A stretch of 46,614 nucleotides of DNA, counting the filler, from Catajapyx aquilonaris (lineage: Eukaryota), in NCBI GenBank assembly GCA_000934665.2. It is 2 parts of 2 records of this genome, joined end to end, with 100 filler letters (N's around TTAATTAATTAA, not from the genome) between each part and the next. Parts side by side here need not be neighbours in the genome. Positions count along the whole stretch, not along the records: positions 23,348 to 46,614 come from JYFJ02005714.1; 1 more part is not named here. One strand, written 5' to 3'. The notes beneath the pieces were generated by a model. That model was not told the DNA's origin. It saw only the letters and a program-made list of their open reading frames with translations, and did no database searches. Position 1 is the first letter of the stretch. Every line of letters begins with the position of its first letter. Shown here piece after piece: positions 36,157 to 46,614 of this stretch. A program made the position numbers and the translations under genes.

Positions 36157-36682
36157 GACTGATTTACTGGTAATAAGTCATGGGAAACACCCATGAAAAT
36201 TACACAGTTAAGGGGCAATTGGGTACTACTGTTTTCACTAAGAGCAAATACTTGTTTATTACCAAGAGCTCTTGATTTTACTGTATGGGTAACATTTAGA
36301 TTCCTTTATAATGGCAAGACCCAAGGCAAGACCTCTATGATTCTAGACTACCGTATCCTATTAACATTTTTTGATGCTCTATACTCTTAGAATCTAGACA
36401 GAACAAAACCAGCAATGAAAAGTCCTTGTGTGAAGACAGTATCCTTTAAGAATGTTCATAAAGTCATTTACAACCCAACATCCATATATATTTACTGGTG
36501 TATTTTTTCAAATGGAACGTTCTGTGAGACGTTGGACACAATAATAATGTTATGACAAAGAGGCTTCGAGAGTCATTAGGAATCCACGTATTTGTAATGA
36601 AGTGCTTGCATCTCTGCTGAAGCCTGAAAGGCATTTGAAAAGCTGAGTTGTGACTGGTCGCTTGCAGATTGCAATCGGAAGG

Positions 36683-37771
36683 ATGTCACTACCATTCTGC
36701 AAGCTTCCTCTTGAGATGAAGTTACTCATCTTTTCATACCTGACGAAGCCAGAAGACAAGCTCCTAAATGCTGGTCTCGTGTGCCGTGAATGGAACCAAC
36801 TGGTGATGGACGCCAGTCTCTGGAGGCACATGGTGTTTTACGGAATGTACATCACTGATGAAGAGGCGGCCAAAGTAGTCAGAAAAATGCCGCAGCCCAA
36901 GACTCTGAGGCTAAACAGCTTTGGGCAAGCAGATCGTGTCCTGCAGGCAGTTGCTGAGAATTGGAGTGGACTGGAAGTGCTTGACATGGAGTATGTCTGC
37001 ACCTCTGACATCAAAACCATGGAGATTGTTGCCCGGACTTGCACCAATCTACGAGGGGTTGCCATAAGAAACTGCCGTCACCCTAAGGGCACCAGCAGGC
37101 ACCCCATCGACCTGTTCTCTGCCTGCAAGGAGTTGCATTCTTTCACGTTGACGAATCCTGACCCACTTGCCCTAATTAGTGAGACACCTCAAAAGTATCC
37201 CAAACTCAAGACGGCGTTTGTGATGTGTAGCAATTCTGATCTGAAGGCACTGATGGAGGCTTCCAATGGTCAACTACGCCGACTGGATGCCCTGGTCAGT
37301 GTGTTCGACGAATCCACAATTCAGGCATTATCAGAGCAGCGCTTTGAGATTCTTAGTATCCCGCTACCAAGCCAACAAGTTGACCTTCTCTTGAATGTCG
37401 GTATCCAGCCCCAACGGTACCTCCGTGAGCTGCACCTCACTGGAAGCTCTGCACACAATCCAAGCAAAACTGCCCTGACTTCCATGTTAATAAAGCAACG
37501 CTTCCCCCACCTGGAGGTCCTGGATATCTATAAGATGTTAACCCTGGACGACGACCACCTCCGCTTGATTTCGTTCTACTGACCCTCATTGACCAAGCTC
37601 GCCTTGATGTTTACTGGTGCCAGCTTCAACGGGTTGATGGAAGTGGCCAGCAGGTGCACCAGTCTCAAGCTCATCAAGTTTTCTGAATCACACATCAACC
37701 AGCGGTTGAATGAATCTCAACTACAGCAACTTGCAGATGCCAAGAAGGACTTGGTGATTAACACCATTTGA
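36683..37771 (+). CDS. F-box/leucine-rich repeat protein 3 with an in-frame TGA at 37580-37582
   Basis: F-box LPLEMKLLIFSYL...LVCREW...LWR followed by LRRs. The same frame continues for 62 LRR-like codons past the TGA (PSLTKLAL...CTSLKLIKF). Confidence 0.85.
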
Positions 37772-38531
37772 TATATGGTTTGCCTGCTATTGTACAGTAC
37801 ATGACAATCTATCACAAACAAGCTCATTGTGTTCGGTGATGTTAGAATGTGTATATGAATTTTGTTTCTTGAGCCGAAGTAGTGCTGGCAGAAACATTGC
37901 CCAGTGTTAGCCGCATAATTTCGTCACAGCGTTTGATTTAATTGTTCGACAATAAATGGATGACCATTGTTGCCTATCTTCGTTTATTTTCAGAAGTTAG
38001 TCATACTTTTGGGCAGCTAAGCTTTACTTTGGCAGACACATGATGGGTCAGCATGGTTTGAAAATGTGGCCCAAAACTGCATATTCTCTTTAGGTCTTTT
38101 TTTCCAGATAGAGATACAAACCATCGCATAGGGTTCTCGCTACTGTGCCCGTGTATGTCATGGTGAAACGATTCTATTCAGACTTCAGGTATGATATGGA
38201 GTCAACCATGACATGAGCGATGTGTACTACCTGTATTTTACTGCTATTCTACAGATTTGTTGCAATGCACATTCCAGGTGATCCAAGTATGAAAAAGGAA
38301 TTTTACCAAGTAACTATCAGATTTTATTATAGGTCTACACATTTTCGTGAATGGCTCATTTACATTGTATGAAGTAAGTAGAGTGACATCCATTCTCTTA
38401 AATCTGATTGTGATGGCGAATTCATGCCTTTGACCCAAAAATCGAAATGAATTTTGAATGAAATTGAATTGAGAAATTTTGCTACCTAATGGGACCGTTT
38501 TGAACCCCTTGCATTATTTCTTGATGTAATG

Positions 38532-40371
38532 TTATGAAGACTTCACTTTTTTACTTTTGGTTTCGTGCGATTTACGTAACAAACATCGCACGAGCAACAC
38601 TGCAGCAATCACCGGTGCCAAAATCACTACTGAAATCACCAACCATATGTCAATCATGTGGTACTGAAACCACCAAAAGTCAGTGCACTGTGGCCTAGAG
38701 TCCGGACCTTCTGGATGTCGCAGCACATACTCAGTCCAGTAAATGGCTCGCTCAAGAGGTGTGTCTGGCTGGTCATTCAACATTTGGGCCCTCTTCGCAG
38801 CCTTCTGCTTGTAACTGTTATAAGAGTGGACATCAGAGTTAAAGCCTCACAAGATCAGAGTACGTAATATTTACCTAGAATCAGTCACAATTGTGCTGAT
38901 TGCATTGTACAATTTGTCGGCCGTGACGTCTATCAGGTCAAGATGTACTCCGACCCCTGCTTCCACCACCTTCCGGGCATGTATGTCTTGGTCAGCAAAG
39001 AACGGTATGACCACCAATGGAACGCCCTCTTTGGTGGACTCGAGGAATCCGAGCTTTCCACCATGGCAGACAAATCCACGGATGTTGGGGTGGGCTGCAA
39101 CCATAACATATTATTGTTGAAGCCACTGTGACTAATTGGTACGACCGGGTACGACACTCTGTAATATTTAAGGAATTTCTTACCTAACAGTTCATGCTGA
39201 GGAAGCCAGTTCTTGATCATGACATTTGGAGGAAGCTTCTTGCTGAGTGCTTCATCCTCCCACTTCCAGATGATCCTGTATGGCAGTCTGGTGAAGGCCT
39301 CCACAAAAGCCTTGTAATACTTCTCTGGCAAAGTTTTTGATTGAACGATTGAGCCCAGACTGACTAGCACAAACCCGTTGTCCCCACTTCCAGATGCAAA
39401 CTCCTCCAAATCCTGTAATAAATAGATAGGTTATAAAGTTAGTGATCTGTCAATGGTTGCACCCAGATATTTTCACCTTAGGCAATGTCTTGAGTGGTAG
39501 GAAGTGTATTCCTCCAATTGGTATTACGTTTGCAGTGTAAGGCACGGAGAAGTCCACCAGTGGATGTGTGTTAAGGAGCATGAGGCTCATGTTCTTCTCA
39601 ATTTGGAAGAAGGGCGGCACCGGTCTCCCCAGCTTCTTTGCCCAAAGGTCCTCCACGGCTGGAAACATCATCCAGTTGCGCTGCCAGTCATACAGTGTGT
39701 TGGCCATTGTGGAGGACATTCGGTCCCAGAAGTTCCGGACATCTCGGTCGTAGAAAGTGAATGTGCTGGTCTTGTATAGGCCGAGAGGTGGTAGACCAAA
39801 TGCAGCAGTGTTCCAGGACAGAAGGACAGTGGTGCTGTAGTACATCAGCGGGGCTTTGGTCACCAGCTGCAGGCCCATACCGCATTCAGTCACTACATTA
39901 TCCATCACCACGAGGTCAAACTTCTCCTTGCCAGTCACAATGTCCTCCACTTCCGGACTGTCCAACAGAGCCTTGCAAGTGTCATACGACATCTTGGGGA
40001 ACACCTTCCAGTACGTCCACATGTCATTTCGTAGCCGAAGATCCATGAAGTTGATAGGTCCAGACATGTACCGAATCGTGTCCTGCAGATGAAAAGCATG
40101 GACACGGTTTCTTACCACGATACTTTGTTATTGATGCACTGACCTGCAGGCGTGTCGGCACAATGTCCCTGAACTTTGCCCCTTTGGTTGGATGAGGCGA
40201 GATGAAGGTCACATCGTGTCCTCGGTCGAGCAGGCCGTTGACGTAAGTCAAGAATGCGAACTTGTGGCTCGGAGTGGACATGCCCATGTACATTAGGATC
40301 TTTGCGCATTCTCCTGTGTTGAAGTGCGCGGCCACCAGAAGCGCCAACAGGAGGAAATTGACCTTGCCCAT
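38532..40371 (-). CDS. UDP-glycosyltransferase (animal UGT family), 5 exons
   Basis: Signal peptide, KIL...PSH motif, UGT signature WLPQHELLAHPNIRGFVCHGG...GVPLVVIPFFADQ, DQPDTPLERAIYWTEYVLRH, C-terminal TM segment and dilysine-like KKVKSS. Confidence 0.95.
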
Positions 40372-41292
40372 GCCTGCCCGGAACGGACCGGTTTGCTCCG
40401 GAATGGTTTCTGCAAGTGGATGTGGCTTACTTCCCGAGATTGGGAAATGAAACGTGTTCAAATTGTGGTAATGACTACTGTCAGAATAACCTATACATAC
40501 CGTACCCAGGAGCCGCGTTGTCTTACGATGCTGCGCACTGATGTGTAAGTAGTGTACTTGAAGTATCTGTAGTAATCTCCCAGCCACTCGGGCAATCTGC
40601 CAAAGTCTGAAGGTCAAGTAATCATTACTTCCTTGTGTGAGCCCATTCATACGTATATCGCTCCTGTATTCCTGAATATATGGGTCACAATGTGTGAATC
40701 TTGCAGACACTAAAATGAAAAACAAAGGTCTCCGCCGTTAATAGCATCATTACGGAGGCAGCAAGTGTCTCATAATGTTTGCAATGACGTGCGATTGAGG
40801 ATCGAGAGTCCAGCGTTATCAGCGTTTCTTCCATTGAATAGCGATCATCGTGATTATGGGATAAGTTTTGTTGTAGTGCACCTGTCACAAGCAGGAAGTA
40901 GTTTCGCAACATTATGCAAATTGCATTATAATTAGGAATGTCCATTAGAAATAAATAAAAATCTAAATTAACACTGTGGTAGGCCTACCTAATTACTCAA
41001 AATGACTTACTCGAAATTAGGTCACGCTGGAAGCAAGAAAGCAAATTAATATCATATCATCATTATTTCTCCCTTTAATCTGGTTGCTGGGGTAAACAAT
41101 ATATTCTTTTGGACTGGTTACTTGTGAAGTGTTCCGCCTTTATGACGTGATTTTATTCCAGTTCCTACCTTTGCGGTTTGGAGTAATCCTTGGAGTAATC
41201 ACTGATGGCATGAAGTAGTAACATTGGGTGTTAGTCGTATGGGGCAGTGTGTAGCTGTGTGGCGCACGTAAGAGAAGCAGAGTGAGCACAAT

Positions 41293-44200
41293 CTAGTTCA
41301 GGCGTGTTATTTCAGGAAGAAGTTGTTGACTGATAGGATTGGGCATGAGGTAGGTGCACACCAACTGTGGAGGAAACCTGGAAGGAAACTGGATCTTGTC
41401 AAGACCCAGTCCACTTTCAGGGAAGTACTTGGTAAAATCACAACACTGTCTTGTCCCGAGACTTGTCCTGTACTGGAACACTACTGGTACAGTCAGTACC
41501 TGTAGGATGAAGATCTAGAGACCGAACTTTGCCACAAAGCCAACTGAGAGAGTATTTTCGGCTTCTTGACCTAGTTTTTCAGGCAGCTCTGCTGGTTGTT
41601 GGGAGTTAATAATGTGGTGTGGATTACCCTTAGCATTCTGCAACCTGTGGCTTATTAGTTGGCATGGGAAGACTAGCTGGCAGGATGCACCAATTTCTGA
41701 TACATTTGAAGGGGCTATATTACTTCAAATGTAAAGTCAGAACCATGATAATAAAAACAGGCTCACTTTTGCTCAAAGTTAGCTCATTTACAAATTATAA
41801 TTACTCAGCAGGGTGTGACAATATTAACTCTCAAGTAAAGTGGTTTTCAAATAGTGTACACAATGTTTCATAATAATTATTCAGACAGATGCATATACAA
41901 CTGGGTGCAATGAAGTAACTTGCAGATAGTAACAAAAGTAACTGTGCAACTGACTTGAGCCACTAATCTTACTTTCACCTTTAAATACAACCCCATAGAA
42001 TCACTTAATTGTGTCAGGTTTTATTTTATTTTTTGGAAGTGGCTAAGTCATGACAACTATTTCCTAAAGAATGGCTCTCTTCAACTAAATGCTTAGTAAC
42101 AGAGATCAAGATGCAGTCTGAGACAACTCTTGATATCTGTGTAGCACTATAACAGAGTACAGAGTTTTATGCATGCTGTGAGTGCTTAAAATAATTCGTT
42201 TTTTGCAGAGATGGAAGTTCTTCAGGTGTCCTGTTACTGTAGAAGTGATGTAGAACTGCAAATTACTGTAGAAATTTCAACCTGGGATTGGCAAGCCTGA
42301 AGCCACATAAATGTTATTCTTGTAAGTACGAGTAGATAATTATATGGCTATTTACTGGTTTTTCAAATCATGTGATCTCTTTTTAGAGTTAGTAAGGCAT
42401 TCTATAGCGGACCTTTTCATGTCAAAAGATACAACAATATTTTGCCACATTTTTTTATTTTTTATTACCCCTATGCTGACCTTGCTTGGTCTTAAGGGGG
42501 GAAAGGAGGTTCCCAAGAGGGGGGCTCTGTATGATATAAACTGTAACCACCAGACCTTTTCTCCGGGCCCCGGGCAGAGTAGGGAGTGCAATTCTGCCCA
42601 GGCATGTCAGGTGAAAAGCTATTTTGACACAAAATTATAGGGGTCCATATGTATAATGAAACAAATACATTTCTTGGGATTTTGAAGAATCAGTCTAAAT
42701 ATTTTTACCATTTAATGAAAGAGAAATTAATGCATTTTATGTCTTAATTCTCGCTATTTTTGCTCTCTACTGTTCATAACTTCATACTTATTGGTTTCAT
42801 TGAGCTCTATGCATTCTGCAAACAGTTAACCAAATCCACCACATATGAGTTAACACCCCCCCCCCCCCCCNCCCCCCCCACCAAGCAAGCCTAGGGCTTG
42901 GGAAGGGGGTAACAAAAAAATAAAGAAAAATGTAACATTTGGGCACATGTTTGTGTAAAGCAATTACACCCAGTAGCCTTTGAAGTGTAATTCAAAATTG
43001 AATGGGATGCATTCTCATTCTAAATCTAAGATAATCCCCAAATAAATTGTGCCTGGGATGTCATCTTTATGAAGTCACACAAACACTATTGTTTTCATCC
43101 TCTTTATTCAGTAGTCCCATAAAAATCATGTCTATTGATTAGAGCGCAGGTCAGATACACAAATTTCGAAAGAAAAAAAAAACAGCAACCAATCGGAAAT
43201 AATGGGAGCATACTGAATGACCTTTCTAAGTCAACGTGGCTATCCAGGTCGTCCTGCCACGACATGCACCATCCCATAGTCTTGATAAGCCAAAGACAAG
43301 TCCTCCATGGGCTTATTAATGACCTGGAAAGATAAAACATCAGCAAGTTACTGTAGTTAAAGGCTCGACTTTTGACGTGACCTATAGAAGCCGCCATCTT
43401 GCGTCGCTATGGAAAAGTGTCCGGCTGTGACGTCACGGTCGACTCCGATTGCCTGGAATGGGTTCAGTCAATTTGAGTCGACCGTGACGTCAGAGCCGAC
43501 CACTTTTTCCATAACGACGCAAGATGGCGGCCTCTATAGGTCACGTAAACAGTCCACAATTCCTCCAGCCAATCAGAGACGACGTGACGTCACAAGATGG
43601 CGACTTTCTTACTCGAGGCTCTCTAACAAAGTGTAGTAGGTATTAAATGCTAACAGTAATGTTGCCAGGCAATGCAAGACTCAGGGGTTAAACACTTTCT
43701 GGAGCACATCTCATAGCGTTAAGTGGCCCTTCAGTCACCTTCATTGAATTAATTGCTAGTTAATTTCTGTTGCCTTTGAAACAGCTCTCCCTAGCTGTCC
43801 TCAATCTGACATGCACCATTTTCACTAGTGACTAACACCTTTAATATGGGTGCATGGACAGCCTGCTTTTTACTTTACCTCATTGGGATCAACCAGGGTG
43901 TAGAGGCTCTCAGCATAAAGAATCACTTTCTTCCTCATGTTCCCCATAATCTCAGACTTGCTCATGGGCTTATCCTTGGCCTTTTGCTCCTCCTCATCCT
44001 TCTTCTGGCCACCTTCCTCCGCTTCATCAGACGAGGACGAATCGTCACCCAGGCTAATGACGAACTTTTTGACCGGCTTCTTGGAAGGGCCAGGGGTCGG
44101 GGTCAGGTACTGGTTGTCTTCTGCTGGCTCAACCTTCTGTTCGGCAGGTACCCGCCTGCGGCTGTATTCCCTTCTGTTCTGGCGGTACTCTGGTGTCATG

Positions 44201-44570
44201 CCAGGTCCCTTTCGATTCGGCCTGTACTTGACGTACTCCTTCTTGCCCTGGTTGGAATGCTTCTTGGGCCTGACCGAGGCCTGCATCTGCCATGAGAATG
44301 TCAACCTGACTATACGTTCGCATGGGACTAAAAATTGGCCTGGCGCAGGCCCCCTAGCTAGGTCTTAGCTAGGCCGATTTTTAGACGCATGTAATAAACG
44401 CATGCTCATGCACAGACGTTAAACGTGCGTCACATTACCTTCCGTTCGCGTTCAGCCCAGTACGTGTCGTCCTCTTCCTTGTCCTGGGTTGGGGCCACGC
44501 ACTCGGCCGTAATAAGAGATGCCTCTTCGTCCTCTACCATGCCGATCCAGTTCCCCTCGCCTGCAGCCAT
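41293..44570 (-). CDS. Uncharacterised protein (about 246 aa; acidic and basic low-complexity N-terminal two thirds)
   Basis: Frame-consistent phase-0 model: 44570-44439, 44280-43879, 41499-41293. No recognisable domain. Linkage of the last exon is inferred. Confidence 0.55.
43375..43546. mobile_element. Palindromic element carrying GCCGCCATCTTG and TGACGTCA motifs
   Basis: About 80-bp arms ACGTGACCTATAGA.GCCGCCATCTTGCGTCG / CGACGCAAGATGGCGGC.TCTATAGGTCACGT. Confidence 0.8.
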
Positions 44571-44759
44571 TTTCCTCTCCTTTGTCTCTCTTTGATGAGC
44601 TGTCAACAGGAATAAGGGTTGCCAACTGTACACGTCCACGATTCGCGTCCCTCGCGTCGTACTGCTAGCGACATTTTCCGAAGCGTCAGAAGAGCGAATC
44701 TCGCTCGCAGGCGACATAACAGGCGAATAAACATCGATGGTATGAACTATGAAGTTACA

Positions 44760-45102
44760 CTATAGGAAGCCCACCCTAACTTGCCATTGACGTCATCGTT
44801 TCGCTTACCAACTCCTAGTCAACGGAAATCTGCCGGACGCACCCCTAGGAAGCTAGGATCCCCCACTTTTCCTGTTTCCATGGACCGTGCCATGGACATG
44901 CAATCACACAACAATGGCAGTAAACAGTGCTCTTTTTGATGACACTGTTTACTCCCATTGTTGCATATGTTGCATGAGGGCATCTCCATGTAAACATGAA
45001 ATGTGGGAGGTTCCAGGGGTGCGTTCGGCAGATTTCCGTTTGACTAGGAGTTGGTAAGCGAAACTATGACGTCAATGACAAGTTAGGGTGGGCTGCCTGT
45101 AG
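44760..45102. mobile_element. Long inverted-repeat element immediately upstream of the orphan gene
   Basis: About 90-bp arms CTATAGGAAGCCCACCCTAACTTG / CAAGTTAGGGTGGGCTGCCTGTAG, with TGACGTCA in both arms. Confidence 0.8.
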
Positions 45103-45171
45103 CCTGTAGCACTCTTGATATCCTGTACTATAGCAGTAGCAGTGTAGCACTAGTGGTAGCCTACTGTATAT

Positions 45172-46490
45172 GCAGTCAGTACCTGTTTGCTGAAGATCTA
45201 GAAAAATGACTGCCACACTTTGTCACAAAGCGAATATCGAGAGTGCCTTCTTTTGACCTGGTTTTTCAAACAACTTTATTATTTGTTGGGAGTTCATGGT
45301 TTTGGTTTAGATTTATTAGGAAGGAGCCAAAGCAACTATGGCTACTGGCTATTAGAAGACACAAAGGTGGGACATAAGGAGACCTAATAATTGACAATAA
45401 TAAGCGATGAAAGACTGGTATCCTACCTCCTCAGTCTGTCTCCTATCTATCCTGTGGGGTGGATTACCCTTTGCACTCTTAGCCTTAGGTGGTTGACACT
45501 GGAAGTCTAGCAAGCAGGATGACCCGGTCCTTGCTACATTTGGACAGTGTTTATGAAATAATGAGTCAGCCCACATGAGAACAGTTTTGAGGAATAGGGC
45601 TTTGAAGGTCATACCTGTGAAATTAATTCAGTGTTCTTTTCGGTCATTTATGGCAGAAGTATACAGATTTCACCAGTGTGAATTTAACTGAATTAAGTAG
45701 GATCATGTAGGTACATGTTCATGGGCTTAGCTCAATTTTGACATTTTTGCTGGTTGACAAATTATTGAATGACACTGTCCATGCACACCATTCATGAGTT
45801 AATAACTTTTCGGTCATTCGTGGCAGAAGTATGCAGATTTCTCCACCTTAATTGATTTTAACTGAATGAAGTACTATATATCCTTCGGGTATATGTTCCT
45901 GGGCTTAACTAATTTTGATATTTTTGTGGGTTGACACATTATTGCATAACACCGTCAATTTGAAGGGCCTATTACTAATTTACTTCAAATGTAATGTCAG
46001 AACCATGCTGATAGAAGCAAGCTATTTTCTTCTCCAAATTGGCTAGTTTATTATGACTCAGGAAGGGTGTGCCCTATGGGTGTACCAATATTAACAGCGG
46101 AGTATAATTATTGCCTTCATCAAATACATAAGCATTTCAATCTGTGCAATAACATTACTGGAAGTTTACACAGGAAGTCACTTCTGAAACGCTGTGTGTT
46201 TTTAGAAGTTGTCTTTAAAATAATTATTTCAGGGATGGGTGTTTTTCAGGTGCCCACTTCAACCTGAATTATTGCAACCTATAGGACTGGCAGCTCATAC
46301 ATTGTAAGTAGGTATGGCGATTCAATAGTATTTTAGTAGGTGTTCAAAACATATTAGACTCTGATTAGACTTGTATGATATTCTAGAATAGCAGTAAGGC
46401 ATTCCTGTGGAGCTGTTCAGTGTGAAAATATGCAACATTATTTTGTCACAAATATGTAGTACGTACAAGTATAATGTGAAACAAATCTAT
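45172..46490 (+). repeat. Diverged segmental duplicate of 41490-42670
   Basis: Collinear shared blocks: CAGTCAGTACCTGT...TGAAGATCTAGA, GTGGATTACCCTT, ATTTGAAGGG...TTACTTCAAATGTAA.GTCAGAACCATG, TTCAACCTG, AGTAAGGCATTC. Confidence 0.75.
45582..45957. mobile_element. Two tandem partial copies of the Sola1-like element at 18846-19313
   Basis: Shares GGGCTTTGAAGGTCATACCTGTGAAATTAATTCAGTG and the right TIR ATTATTGCATAACACCGTC followed by AATT; lacks the hAT insertion. Confidence 0.8.
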
Positions 46491-46614
46491 ATCTACTTGC
46501 TCTGATCTGAAAATATTGGGACACCCCCAAAAAATGGAGTGGTGGGGTTATACACAGGATGTGATAAAAAGTTTCCATTAAGATTATCTGGACTTTAGAA
46601 TGGATAATTATGAA

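Noticed and set aside
37801..37840. Alternative SECIS register using the canonical TGAT at 37837-37840
   Set aside because: It fits the primary pattern spacing, but helix II does not pair next to the quartet; only the imperfect AGAA register was kept as a candidate.
42856..42879. Poly-C run that could form a G-quadruplex on the minus strand
   Set aside because: Homopolymer containing an N, so its length is unreliable, and there is no functional evidence.
44310..44420. Small inverted repeat in intron 1 of the orphan gene (CTAAAAATTGGCCT / AGGCCGATTTTTAG)
   Set aside because: Probably a decayed MITE, but boundaries and TSD could not be defined.

Overview
Eukaryotic, intron-containing genomic DNA, very likely arthropod (inferred from the gustatory and ionotropic receptor families). 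Genes from left to right: two tandem gustatory receptors (-), an ionotropic receptor (IR) with an intronless CDS (+), a complete 11-exon CYP3-clan cytochrome P450 (-), a second IR (+), an assembly gap, a decayed non-LTR retrotransposon RNase H fragment, the last exon of GAR1, two divergently transcribed F-box/LRR genes with hydrophobic C-terminal tails, an inverted IR fragment, a third IR with two frameshifts, a third F-box/LRR gene with an in-frame UGA at a cysteine-equivalent position, a 5-exon UDP-glycosyltransferase (-), and an orphan 3-exon gene whose large intron is duplicated at the window end. Introns and intergenic DNA are crowded with small non-autonomous transposons (hAT, Sola-like, P/hAT-like, Harbinger-like, Helitron, MULE-like) and unclassified long hairpins. 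The leading candidates for novelty are a possibly UGA-recoded F-box/LRR gene with an imperfect SECIS-like 3' UTR fold, apparently tail-anchored F-box proteins, and an IR pair with an inverted conservation profile and a shared 25-bp non-coding motif. Exon boundaries and RNA folds were worked out by eye; no database searches were run.
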